Virus record (IMG/VR): IMGVR_UViG_3300045988_093233 | Coordinates: 1 to 39,186 of that record | Source: a virus | DNA length: 39,186 nucleotides | Reading direction: 5' to 3' (one strand) | In this document: positions 1 to 7,730 of the stretch, one piece after another | Position numbering within the stretch: position 1 is the stretch's first letter | How the letters are laid out: each line of letters opens with the position of its first letter | Translations under genes and position numbers: made by a program | The notes under the pieces: generated by a model | Databases searched by the model: none | What the model saw: only the letters and a program-made list of their open reading frames with translations | Told to the model about the DNA's origin: nothing

Positions 1-41
1 AGCCTGTGTTACAGTCGCCTGTGTTCCTGTAGCCTGTGTTA
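1..41. repeat. Terminal direct overlap, copy 1 (identical to 39146..39186)
   Basis: agcctgtgttacagtcgcctgtgttcctgtagcctgtgtta occurs at both ends of the window. Confidence 0.9.
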
Positions 42-382
42 CAGTCGCCTGTGTTGAATAGTCCAGTATTTCCATTTACCATGCCTTTCATAGTAGCTAA
101 TTCATTGCCCGTAATCTCACGAACAATCTTAATATGGTCACTTCCGCATTTCTTTCCGTCTGTCACTTCTTCGCCTAAAACCTCGATTTCAAAAAATCTG
201 TTCAGTTCCTTTTCATTGCAAGAATAGTGTTCGTGTACTTGTTGCAGACTGTCGCAATAGTGGAAAACCGTATCACTGCACAATTCCAACGGCTTTCCGT
301 CATGTTCTATTTTGTACTCTTTGCCGATTTCAAACTGGAAGCCTCGGCATTTCATGTCTTTATCCATTCCTTTAATTTTCAT
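1..382 (-). CDS. N-terminal part of the junction-spanning protein: conserved phage N-domain followed by NTGxx pentapeptide repeats; continues at 39145..38778
   Basis: ATG at 382-380 overlaps the upstream stop (ATGA). Translation is MKIKGMDKDMKCRGFQFEIGKEYK...NGNTGLFNTGDCNTGYRNTGDC, with no stop before position 1. The N-domain resembles a family I remember as DUF7666-like. Confidence 0.75.
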   Translation of the reverse strand, partial: MKIKGMDKDMKCRGFQFEIGKEYKIEHDGKPLELCSDTVFHYCDSLQQVHEHYSCNEKELNRFFEIEVLGEEVTDGKKCGSDHIKIVREITGNELATMKGMVNGNTGLFNTGDCNTGYRNTGDCNTG

Positions 383-663
383 TGTTTACCTCCGTAATTG
401 ACCTGCATCCTGTTTAGGTCTTTGATATCTTCGTAAATCGCCAATATCTCGTCTCTGATTTCCCGAAACGGTATCTTTTCGGCAATCTTCGGCGTTTCTT
501 CAATCTTCCATCTAGCTCCGTCTTTATGCCGTAGTATTGCAAACTCTTCACCGTCCATTATGTAAATAGTCTGACTGTCTGCAATGCTTTGTACGGCGTA
601 AAAATCGAAGTAGGTTAAATATGTGTTCCAGTCACGCCGGCACTTGAATTTATAACGTTTCAT
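379..663 (-). CDS. Hypothetical early protein (94 aa)
   Basis: ORF in the co-directional early operon, overlapping both neighbours by a few nt. Confidence 0.6.
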   Translation of the reverse strand: MKRYKFKCRRDWNTYLTYFDFYAVQSIADSQTIYIMDGEEFAILRHKDGARWKIEETPKIAEKIPFREIRDEILAIYEDIKDLNRMQVNYGGKQ

Positions 664-892
664 TCTCCCACCATTTACAAACTATACAAGCATCATGCGG
701 AAAATCTCCTACCATCGGACAATCTCCGTTACAACAAACCTCGTCTTCCAGCCATTTGCATTTTGGGTCTTCCGGCTTTTCTGCGCCTGTTTCTCTTTTG
801 AAGAATCTGCACACCGAGCATTCATACTCGCATGTGCAGCTATCGTCCAGATTGAACGTACAGGCATTGTTTCCGTTTAGGTATCTGCTCAT
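650..892 (-). CDS. Cys-rich small protein (80 aa), probable metal-binding
   Basis: Many CxxC-type pairs (CTCEYECSVC, CCNGDC, CIVC). Start/stop overlaps with neighbours suggest translational coupling. Confidence 0.6.
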   Translation of the reverse strand: MSRYLNGNNACTFNLDDSCTCEYECSVCRFFKRETGAEKPEDPKCKWLEDEVCCNGDCPMVGDFPHDACIVCKWWENETL

Positions 893-1449
893 TGTTTCAA
901 CATCCTTTCCATCTCCATGAAATCGTCTTTGACAAATTCTATTGTTCCGGTTTCGCCTAACTGTATGTACATCGGCAGTCGCAAAGACTTTGGAAGCATT
1001 GATTCTTCCCTCGAGACCCTTGTCACCTGTTCATAAACCATCCGGAACTGCGCTCTGCATACTTCTTCGTTTTCGCTCATACAGATTGATTCCCACCCCA
1101 TGCGCTTAACTGCGTTTTTGGTGTTCTCATCGAAAAAATCCATCGCCCCAGGTTCATCATACATCCCATACAGACTAACCGCCCGTTTGACTTTATGCCA
1201 TCCGTCTGACCAATCGAATGTCGCATCTTTTCCGGATATCTTGATTGTCTGCTGCCTTATATCGGCTACCGTCGGCGGGAATTTATTCGTCTGAACGTGT
1301 CGCATAACCGCTATTTTTGCGTCCTTGTAGTCGATATCTCCAATCGCGCTATACCAGCAATCTAAGGCTTCGTTCGTCGGTAGAATATTATCCCTTGGAT
1401 AAAAATTCTTTATCACTGCCACAAGGCTTATAAATTCGCCTTTTGTCAT
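889..1449 (-). CDS. Replicative helicase loader, SPP1 G39P-like
   Basis: MTKGEFISLVAVIKNFYPRD...KFPPTVADIRQQ resembles the 'loader and inhibitor of G40P' family. ATG 1449 forms an ATGA overlap with the upstream stop, and the gene sits next to the replisome organizer. Confidence 0.6.
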   Translation of the reverse strand: MTKGEFISLVAVIKNFYPRDNILPTNEALDCWYSAIGDIDYKDAKIAVMRHVQTNKFPPTVADIRQQTIKISGKDATFDWSDGWHKVKRAVSLYGMYDEPGAMDFFDENTKNAVKRMGWESICMSENEEVCRAQFRMVYEQVTRVSREESMLPKSLRLPMYIQLGETGTIEFVKDDFMEMERMLKQ

Positions 1450-2264
1450 GTATTCGCCCACCTTTCTAGGGTGTCATAAGTGCTTTTCATTTCCTCGATG
1501 CGTGTCTGCCGCTTGATTTTGTCCCATACAATGCCTTGGTATTGGCTTGCTATGGACTGGTCGATAATCTCGATAACGGCAGCATCGCCATGTTCTTTCG
1601 CTTTCTCGGAGATTTTCCGTAGAAGCGTATTCAATCCAATCGGCTTGTACGGCTGTCTGCGTTCGTGCTTATAGGCAATCCAGCGGTTCACTGCTTCCGA
1701 CAATTCCGGCGAAGCTTGGACAAAAAACCAATCCGTTTCGGGGTTACCCTCGCGCGCGCGCGCGTCTTGGTTTATTTTATTTATTTCTTTTATTTCCTTT
1801 ATTGGTATGTTTGCTTTTTGACCGCTTTTTGACCGCTTTTTGACCGCGCTTTTTTCGGATTGTTTATTTTTTCCATTCTCTGAAACGCTGTATTTTTCAA
1901 CGTTTTCGGATTCGCTTTTTGTTCGCTCTGTTTTCGCTGTTTTTTGTGGACTTAATTGGTACTTGTCGTAGTTGATAATTTCTATAAAAATATCTCTACG
2001 ATTCGGCTTTTTGACGCTTACCATGTTCTGCTCACTTAGCAGCTTGATAAAGCTTTCCGTCTTGTGCCATGACCAACCCCATCTTGCGGCAAGGCTCGAA
2101 ATATTCATTTCTACAACTCCGCGCTTCACAACAATTACCTCGTTGTGGTAGAGCCTTGTTTTGTCTTCGTAGTTGGCTAACTGAATTAAGTCCACCCACT
2201 CTTTACCGTACTTTTCCCATATCCAGTGATTGAATAATGCTCTGTCTAAAACTATGTATCCCAT
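1446..2264 (-). CDS. Replication initiator / replisome organizer (DnaD-like C-terminal region)
   Basis: Position between RusA and the helicase loader. A Lys-rich linker encoded by the iteron/AT-rich stretch separates an N-terminal wHTH-like part from the C-terminal SPELSEAVNRWIAYKHERRQPYKPIGLNTLL region. Confidence 0.6.
   Translation of the reverse strand: MGYIVLDRALFNHWIWEKYGKEWVDLIQLANYEDKTRLYHNEVIVVKRGVVEMNISSLAARWGWSWHKTESFIKLLSEQNMVSVKKPNRRDIFIEIINYDKYQLSPQKTAKTERTKSESENVEKYSVSENGKNKQSEKSAVKKRSKSGQKANIPIKEIKEINKINQDARAREGNPETDWFFVQASPELSEAVNRWIAYKHERRQPYKPIGLNTLLRKISEKAKEHGDAAVIEIIDQSIASQYQGIVWDKIKRQTRIEEMKSTYDTLERWANT
1811..1843. repeat. Three tandem 11-bp iterons (GCTTTTTGACC) of a putative replication origin
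   Basis: Exact tandem copies at 1811-1821, 1822-1832 and 1833-1843. They lie next to an AT-rich tract (1768-1800) and a (CG)6 run (1751-1762), all inside the organizer gene. Confidence 0.6.
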
Positions 2265-2671
2265 TCGATCACATCTACCTCGATTCTCGGATTCCCCGCA
2301 TCAACGAAGAATTCATCAGTGAAGCCGATTACGCATCGCCAACCGTCCGCCTCAATCGTTCCGGCAGATACAAGCGCATCCAGAATGAATTTTTTCGCAA
2401 AGCAGATGTTGTCTAAATCCCTTTTGCGGTTCGGCTCGTACCACCGAAAGTTTAACTTCACTTTCCCGCTGAACCGTCCGATTTTCTGCTTACGGATATA
2501 TGTCAGAATCAACGTTTCCGTTTTATTTTTCATCTGCGCTCCGACGAATTTATTTGTTCTGCAAGCCTTTGTGTAATCGTTCAGTCCTGCCAGTTTTCCG
2601 TAGATGATTAGCGTTCTTTTCCTCGGATCTCTTACTGTATGATATTCTTCCTCACTGTGTCCTACGTTCAT
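2252..2671 (-). CDS. rusA: RusA-family Holliday junction resolvase
   Basis: ...PNRKRDLDNICFAKKFILDALVSAGTIEADGW matches the RusA core pattern (RRRDLDN..K...DAL..AG...DD). Confidence 0.7.
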   Translation of the reverse strand: MNVGHSEEEYHTVRDPRKRTLIIYGKLAGLNDYTKACRTNKFVGAQMKNKTETLILTYIRKQKIGRFSGKVKLNFRWYEPNRKRDLDNICFAKKFILDALVSAGTIEADGWRCVIGFTDEFFVDAGNPRIEVDVIEWDT

Positions 2672-2680
2672 ATCTCACCT

Positions 2681-3076
2681 CTAAAATGGTACATCCTCGT
2701 CCAGTGCCTCAAATCCTTCCGGTACCGACGCTGAAGCCTTTGTAACCTCGCCAGTCTTTTCGCCCCATTCGAGGAATTCCACACGATCAGCCACAACATC
2801 TGTAGTGTATACTGTAGCACCGTCTTTGTTGGTATAGCTGCCTGTCTGGATTCTTCCCTGCACACCGACCAACCGACCCTTTGCAAGAAATCTTTCGCAA
2901 TTTTCAGCCTGCTTTCCAAAGCAGGTGACCCTTGGAAAATCTGTCTGTTTTTCACTGCCTGCTTTCACAGGTCTGTCAATTGCAACCGTAAAAGTGCAAA
3001 CTGCCATTTGTGTTCCTGCCGTGTACCTGACTTCAGGGTCTCTTGTCAGGCGTCCTATAAGTACAACGCTATTCAT
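2681..3076 (-). CDS. ssb: Single-stranded DNA-binding protein
   Basis: MNSVVLIGRLTRDPEVRYT... OB-fold N-terminus and acidic C-terminal tip ...LDEDVPF. Confidence 0.9.
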   Translation of the reverse strand: MNSVVLIGRLTRDPEVRYTAGTQMAVCTFTVAIDRPVKAGSEKQTDFPRVTCFGKQAENCERFLAKGRLVGVQGRIQTGSYTNKDGATVYTTDVVADRVEFLEWGEKTGEVTKASASVPEGFEALDEDVPF

Positions 3077-3351
3077 AGATAGTTCCTCCCGAAAATTCTA
3101 ATAAATTCTTCTCTTGTGTGTGTTTCTTCAAATTTAGCCTGCGCCATTTCTTTTAGCTTCAGATCTAATCCCTTATCAAAATGTGCGCCCCGATCTCCTG
3201 TGTGATGCCGGAGACAAAGCCATACGGTTAAACCGTACTTATCAGCCTGTCTTCGGTTTGATGTTCCGTATAACACATGATGCAGCTGTAAATCTTGTGT
3301 AGTCCGGCACACAAAGCATTCTTTTGTGTCTTGCAAAATTGATTTAGCCAT
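3073..3351 (-). CDS. HNH-like small nuclease-family protein
   Basis: CFVCRTT...LHHVLYGTSNRRQADKYGLTVWLCLRHHTG..GAH is a Cys/His pattern typical of small phage HNH-like proteins. Start chosen at ATG 3351, which has an upstream G-rich RBS. Confidence 0.55.
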   Translation of the reverse strand: MAKSILQDTKECFVCRTTQDLQLHHVLYGTSNRRQADKYGLTVWLCLRHHTGDRGAHFDKGLDLKLKEMAQAKFEETHTREEFIRIFGRNYL

Positions 3352-3667
3352 TTGAGTGCCCCCATTCTCTTGAAATCTGACCGTCAATAATTCTGATTTG
3401 CAACTTGATCGAATTGATCGCCTCTTGGTTTGCCTTATAGGTGGCTTCTGCAATATCTCGCTTAAATCTTGCTTCTGCTACCGCAGGAATACCATAAGCG
3501 GTCTTGTCAATCATTCCGATTGCCATACCATCATCGCGAAGTTTCAGGCACTCTTGCCGAAGCAAAACCTTATAGTCTCGCTCCGCTTCTGCATATGCCG
3601 TACCTGTCTTTCGAAGCATTTTGATTGACGTGTCAAGCTGCTGTGTTTTGGTTTGAAGTTCGTTCAT
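3344..3667 (-). CDS. Hypothetical coiled-coil protein of the recombination module
   Basis: ORF trimmed to MNELQTKTQQ..., just downstream of the exonuclease stop. Confidence 0.55.
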   Translation of the reverse strand: MNELQTKTQQLDTSIKMLRKTGTAYAEAERDYKVLLRQECLKLRDDGMAIGMIDKTAYGIPAVAEARFKRDIAEATYKANQEAINSIKLQIRIIDGQISREWGHSNG

Positions 3668-3681
3668 TAAATCGAATCCGT

Positions 3682-4581
3682 TCACTTTTTCCCTGCGGTG
3701 ATTCTCACATGTCCCGCCTTGCCTTTCTTGGTTACTTCCTCGCAATACTTTTTGTAAAGTTTAGGGTGTTCTTCCTTGAATTGCTTTTCGTTGAATTTTT
3801 TCTCTGTGGTCTGCTCTCCGTCCGGAACAAGCGTTATCTTTGTTCCGCTTGGCGTCGTCCACGTTTTGATGTTGTGCTTTTCCATGCCTGCCTTGAGGCT
3901 TGCCTTTGCGTCCTTGTACTCTTTTTCAATCTGCTTGTAGATTTCGATCTGCGATTCTAAAATGAGGACCTTATCTGCAATCTCAACGATCTCTTTCGGT
4001 TGGAATTCTTCTTCGGTCGTGAATGGATTTTCCATCAGTCTCATCCAGTCTGCACGGAAGCGTTCAACCTCTTCTTTGATGTGTTCTATGTATGCGGAAT
4101 AGTCAGATTTTTTAATGTCGTAAACCGTAAGCCTATCTGAATTGAATTCTTCGTTGAAGTCTTCCGGTCTCTCATACACCGCCAAAATTCCGTTCTCATA
4201 GCCGTACATTTCAATTCCCATAAGCAGCTGGCAAAGGTAATAGTCGTAATCTTTGACATCCTCATGGATTGTGGAAGTGGTCTTTATTTCAAGAACCATT
4301 CCCTTGTCATAGTCCACGCCATCAGCGTGGTATCTAAGATAGCCGTTTATGATTTTCCCCTCGACGAATTTCGTTGAGCATTGGTCATTGATATAGGATC
4401 GGATTTGCGGTTCTAGCACATTACCGTATTCCGTATAGACGTTTCCGGCAAAAGACGATTCCTCAACTCCGGCTTTTTCTTTCAGAAGCTGCCAACGGGT
4501 CTTGAATTTAGAGATATTCAGAATCGCCGCGATGTCGCTGCCGCCGATGTATTTATCTCTATCCTTTGTTACGTCCTGCAT
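3682..4581 (-). CDS. YqaJ-like (lambda Exo-type) recombination exonuclease
   Basis: N-terminal GGSDIAAILNISKFKTRWQLLKEKAG motif, and the gene is paired with the ERF annealase immediately upstream. Confidence 0.75.
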   Translation of the reverse strand: MQDVTKDRDKYIGGSDIAAILNISKFKTRWQLLKEKAGVEESSFAGNVYTEYGNVLEPQIRSYINDQCSTKFVEGKIINGYLRYHADGVDYDKGMVLEIKTTSTIHEDVKDYDYYLCQLLMGIEMYGYENGILAVYERPEDFNEEFNSDRLTVYDIKKSDYSAYIEHIKEEVERFRADWMRLMENPFTTEEEFQPKEIVEIADKVLILESQIEIYKQIEKEYKDAKASLKAGMEKHNIKTWTTPSGTKITLVPDGEQTTEKKFNEKQFKEEHPKLYKKYCEEVTKKGKAGHVRITAGKK

Positions 4582-5156
4582 TATTTACCCTCCAAATCTT
4601 TCAGAACCTCCGCGAAACGTTCTTCTGTCGTTGAGCCGTTCAAGCCGTAATCTTTTGCAACTTCTGCAAATGATAAACCGCTTTCCTTTAAGTAGATAAT
4701 CAGCTTTTCGCGATAGGTCAGTTCGTTCGATTTTGGAGAAGATTTCTTCTTTTCAGACCCTCTTGTCTTTTCGGTAAATTCGTCCGTATCAGCGTCCTTT
4801 GTATCGTCAATGCAGAACAGCCCGTTTAAGGCATATTTTCTAGCGTAGGACGACGTTGCCCCGGTGATCTGCGAAGAATCCATTCCCTTTTTTGTCTCTT
4901 CTTCTCTAGCGTACGCTGTAACCGAAGCAGCTTCGGAACCGTCGGTTACTGTTGCCGTTGCTTTTACATAGTATCTATCTCCAATCATTACGATCTCATC
5001 AGAGATAGTCAGCTGCACACCCTCTTCGGCGCAAAGCGGCTTTACCGCTTCGAGAATGTCTTCGCAGCTTCTATATTTGTAATTGCCGAATTTATTAAAC
5101 TGACCTTTTGGGGCTTTCAGTTCCTTTTGAATTTTTATTAGTTTATTCATGTTCAT
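4581..5156 (-). CDS. erf: ERF-family single-strand annealing protein
   Basis: KFGNYKYRSCEDILEAVKPL...YAREEETKKGMDSSQITGATSSYARKYALNGLFCIDD matches the ERF signature. The start is ambiguous (TTG 5168, ATG 5156 or ATG 5150). Confidence 0.8.
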   Translation of the reverse strand: MNMNKLIKIQKELKAPKGQFNKFGNYKYRSCEDILEAVKPLCAEEGVQLTISDEIVMIGDRYYVKATATVTDGSEAASVTAYAREEETKKGMDSSQITGATSSYARKYALNGLFCIDDTKDADTDEFTEKTRGSEKKKSSPKSNELTYREKLIIYLKESGLSFAEVAKDYGLNGSTTEERFAEVLKDLEGK

Positions 5157-5173
5157 TCTCCTCGACAAAGTTT

Positions 5174-5392
5174 TTAATTATTATTTGAAGTAACTTTTCT
5201 GCGTTTACTTAGGAGCTGTTCGTCTGTATATTTTGTGTAATCGCAGATCGTTTGCAATATGGCATCAAAGTTTTCCTCCGTTACCTCTTCCTTAAGTTCG
5301 TATCTGAGCGCTTTAGTTATGAGTCCTAACTCGCCGAACAAATCGACTGCGTTTCCTCTAAGTTTAACGATTCCGTTTTTCGCTTTAATCAT
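5174..5392 (-). CDS. Hypothetical protein (72 aa)
   Basis: ORF in the operon, overlapping the upstream gene. Confidence 0.55.
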   Translation of the reverse strand: MIKAKNGIVKLRGNAVDLFGELGLITKALRYELKEEVTEENFDAILQTICDYTKYTDEQLLSKRRKVTSNNN

Positions 5393-5585
5393 CGTATGTA
5401 TCCATCCTTTCCTTGTTGCTGTCTAAGCAGTCTTGGCAAATTAACTTCTTTCCGAACCAGTATCCGTACTCACTCCGGATATGCTCGCCGCATTCAGAGC
5501 AGATTGGTCTGTTATCGTATGCGTGGGCTTTTTCGTATTCCCATCGCTCTGCATCAGAAGCGGGACTATCTGATCTCCATATCAT
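5385..5585 (-). CDS. Small zinc-ribbon protein (66 aa)
   Basis: CSECGEHI...CQDC pairs. Confidence 0.55.
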   Translation of the reverse strand: MIWRSDSPASDAERWEYEKAHAYDNRPICSECGEHIRSEYGYWFGKKLICQDCLDSNKERMDTYDD

Positions 5586-5926
5586 TTTCTGTCACCGTCC
5601 ATTTTCTGCAACATGTGGTTCATGTTACGAATTCTAGCAGTAATGCTGTCGCGCCATCTGCGGTACTGTTTTTCGTTCTCTGCGTAGAAATAGCCGCCCT
5701 TTTCATGTGCTATGATACGTTCGCCGTTGTGTCTAAGAACCTCAATCACAAGCCTTGCTGTCCTGTCGTCAACATCTAAGTGCCTTGCCAGTTTTTTACG
5801 CGTCACTGGATTCTGCTCGTTAGCAGACTTAATCAGTGTCATAGCTTGACTTTCTAGTGATTGTCTGTTATAGTTTTCTTGGTTATTTTGGAATTGCCCC
5901 TCGTGGGCGTTCCTTTTTTTATTCAT
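5582..5926 (-). CDS. Putative winged-helix DNA-binding protein
   Basis: TRKKLARHLDVDDRTARLVIEVLRHNGERII looks like an HTH/wing pattern. Confidence 0.45.
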   Translation of the reverse strand: MNKKRNAHEGQFQNNQENYNRQSLESQAMTLIKSANEQNPVTRKKLARHLDVDDRTARLVIEVLRHNGERIIAHEKGGYFYAENEKQYRRWRDSITARIRNMNHMLQKMDGDRK

Positions 5927-6455
5927 TTCTCACCTCTACTTCTAAGCGTTTGACACCATGTCTCACAGCATCTTCGTGGCTGTCAAAGTAAATGTCTATG
6001 ACGTTTCCCTTGACGGCTGAACCAGTATCTTGTGCTGTATAAACAGTGTCTCCGATTTTGACCTCTGTACCGAATGGGATAACGGAAGTATCAACAGCGA
6101 TTGTCTTGCCCGCTTCGGCTCTCTCTCCGCTTGCTGTATAGACAATCTCTTTTCCGTTTTCGTCTAACGGACGGTTCTTTGCCCATATCGAACAGCAACG
6201 GACACAGCTACAATATGCTGTGATTTTGAATTCTCCGAGTGTTTTCCACTCTTGTTTAGGTTCTTGTTTTAACTCACGTTTTAACTCGACTTGGTGAGTT
6301 ACATGTGACTTAGACTGTGCTTCCTCTAGGTCATCATGTCCGGCAAATCCCAGCATAGTTATGATTGCAGCTGTTACCAAGATACCGCCTAAAGGCTTTT
6401 TGATTTTGTATATGGCACCTAAGATGCCGCCGCCTGTTCTCCTATGCTTCTTCAT
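5919..6455 (-). CDS. Membrane-anchored 3D-domain (MltA/RlpA-like barrel) protein
   Basis: N-terminal TM segment (GGILVTAAIITMLGFAG). C-terminal ITAYCSC..C...TASGERAEAGKTIAVDTSVIPFGTEVKI...YTAQDTGSAVKGNVIDIYF is typical of 3D domains. Confidence 0.65.
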   Translation of the reverse strand: MKKHRRTGGGILGAIYKIKKPLGGILVTAAIITMLGFAGHDDLEEAQSKSHVTHQVELKRELKQEPKQEWKTLGEFKITAYCSCVRCCSIWAKNRPLDENGKEIVYTASGERAEAGKTIAVDTSVIPFGTEVKIGDTVYTAQDTGSAVKGNVIDIYFDSHEDAVRHGVKRLEVEVRNE

Positions 6456-6681
6456 GTTCCTGCCCCTTGACTAAGCAGAAGAATTTTACTCCGTTATAGA
6501 CCGTAAATTCTTCTATGGGATATTCGCTATCATCCCTGTCTATTGTTTCGTATTCCGGAAACATTTTTTCAAAATATTTTCGACTAAGATGCACATAGTC
6601 CTCGTTAATTCCACATAAGCCGTTGCATTCATCGTACAGCTTTGCATAATCTTTCGCATACGCAGCTAATTTATCTTTCAT
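6442..6681 (-). CDS. Hypothetical protein (79 aa)
   Basis: ORF in the operon. Confidence 0.55.
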   Translation of the reverse strand: MKDKLAAYAKDYAKLYDECNGLCGINEDYVHLSRKYFEKMFPEYETIDRDDSEYPIEEFTVYNGVKFFCLVKGQEHEEA

Positions 6682-6698
6682 TCTTTACCTCCTTTTTT

Positions 6699-6896
6699 TC
6701 ATACTGTCGCCCTTGATTTCAGAACCGATGCAACGTCCGGTATGAAATACCGCTTTCCGACTTGCTCGAGATCATTCAGATACTTGTCTACGCAGTGTGG
6801 GTCTTTGTACCCCATGACCTCTGCCAACTCCTGCCGAGTGATAAACAAGGTCTTTGTAGACATCTTCATTTGTCTTATCAGTTCTTGTCTGTCCAT
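6699..6896 (-). CDS. Small HTH protein (excisionase/MerR-like)
   Basis: LFITRQELAEVMGYKDPHCVDKYL...RYFIPDV. It sits directly after the Cro-like gene with an ATGA-type overlap. Confidence 0.45.
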   Translation of the reverse strand: MDRQELIRQMKMSTKTLFITRQELAEVMGYKDPHCVDKYLNDLEQVGKRYFIPDVASVLKSRATV

Positions 6897-7093
6897 TATT
6901 TCCTCTCTTTCAACAGCGTGTTGACTGTTACGCCTAAAACGTCAGCGACCTTTTGCAGGGTTGAAATAGTTGGTTCGCTTTTTGATTCCCATTTTCCAAT
7001 ATGACCTCTTGCAAGACCAGATTGACGTTCCAACTCTGAAATCGAAATGCCGCGCTTTTTGGCGTAATACCTAATGTTTTCGTAAATCATCAT
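6896..7093 (-). CDS. cro: Cro-like XRE-family HTH regulator
   Basis: YAKKRGISISELERQSGLARGHIGKWESKSEPTISTLQKVADVLGVTVNTLL. The gene is divergent from the CI-like gene. Confidence 0.75.
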   Translation of the reverse strand: MMIYENIRYYAKKRGISISELERQSGLARGHIGKWESKSEPTISTLQKVADVLGVTVNTLLKERK

Positions 7094-7164
7094 TTCTCCT
7101 TTCGTAATTTTTTGCTATAATGCTTTTGAGGTGATAACATGAAACATTGTTTCCATAATTTCGC

Positions 7165-7314
7165 TTATTGTAAGCGTAGCGCTATAATCAGCGCTGTTAC
7201 TGATACCGCAAGGCTTGACAGCGAAAGCGTATATCTGATTATCGCTCTTCGCCGTTCAAATGCTTTTTGAGCAGCTTCTTGTTCTTCTTGGGCTGTTTTC
7301 AACATGCTTTTCAT
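7165..7314 (-). CDS. Small tail-anchored membrane protein (49 aa)
   Basis: ATG 7314 is preceded by aaGGAGAAcaataacacc. The C-terminal segment SLSSLAVSVTALIIALRL is hydrophobic. Uncertain, because an antisense 47-aa ORF with its own promoter overlaps it. Confidence 0.4.
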   Translation of the reverse strand: MKSMLKTAQEEQEAAQKAFERRRAIIRYTLSLSSLAVSVTALIIALRLQ

Positions 7315-7334
7315 GGTGTTATTGTTCTCCTTTC

Positions 7335-7517
7335 TTATCGGTAGACTAATCGCAATAGTGCAACTATTCCTATGAAAATCCACATTGCCGCCGTTATCGG
7401 CTTCATGATCTGCAAGATTTTTTTCTGAATGGATTTCTTTTTAGCTTTCCGCTCTTTATATGAAAGCCATTCTTCTCTTGTCATTCCTAAAATTTTGAAA
7501 AACTCCGTTTCGTCCAT
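7335..7517 (-). CDS. First early ORF, small protein with C-terminal TM segment (60 aa)
   Basis: First ORF downstream of the leftward switch promoter. Contains the hydrophobic stretch ITAAMWIFIGIVALL. Confidence 0.5.
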   Translation of the reverse strand: MDETEFFKILGMTREEWLSYKERKAKKKSIQKKILQIMKPITAAMWIFIGIVALLRLVYR

Positions 7518-7539
7518 TTCTCACCTCTGCATTATTTTG

Positions 7540-7553
7540 CGTAAAACTTTACG
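7540..7553. promoter_or_regulatory. Operator-like palindrome CGTAAA-ac-TTTACG
   Basis: Perfect inverted repeat. The CGTAA/TTACG half-site recurs several times between 7540 and 7715. Confidence 0.5.
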
Positions 7554-7561
7554 AAAAGCCA

Positions 7562-7590
7562 TTGACAATTTTCGTAATTTATTCTATTAT
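7562..7590 (+). promoter_or_regulatory. Rightward promoter for the CI-like gene
   Basis: TTGACA (7562-7567), 17-nt spacer, TATTAT (7585-7590). Confidence 0.6.
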
Positions 7591-7660
7591 TCAAGTAACC
7601 ACACTAAATAATTTTTTACGAAGCATTTTTGTTTTCCGTATTTTTTTACGCTACGTCTTT

Positions 7661-7689
7661 ACTTTACCATAGAATTATACGGAAGTCAA
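7661..7689 (-). promoter_or_regulatory. Leftward early promoter
   Basis: On the minus strand: TTGACT (7689-7684), 17-nt spacer, TAAAGT (7666-7661). Confidence 0.45.
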
Positions 7690-7696
7690 TACTTTT

Positions 7697-7714
7697 TGCG
7701 TAAAAAAATACGCA
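7697..7714. promoter_or_regulatory. Operator-like palindrome TGCGTA-N6-TACGCA
   Basis: Perfect 6-bp arms just upstream of the CI RBS. Confidence 0.5.
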
Positions 7715-7730
7715 TTTTTTGGAGGAAGTA

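Noticed and set aside
36-227. 63-aa plus-strand ORF at the window start.
   Set aside because: It is a shadow of the minus-strand junction-spanning gene, whose frame is open and conserved-looking. It has no RBS.
2668-2955. 95-aa ORF overlapping ssb in another frame.
   Set aside because: It is entirely nested in the well-supported SSB gene, with no RBS and an unconvincing composition.
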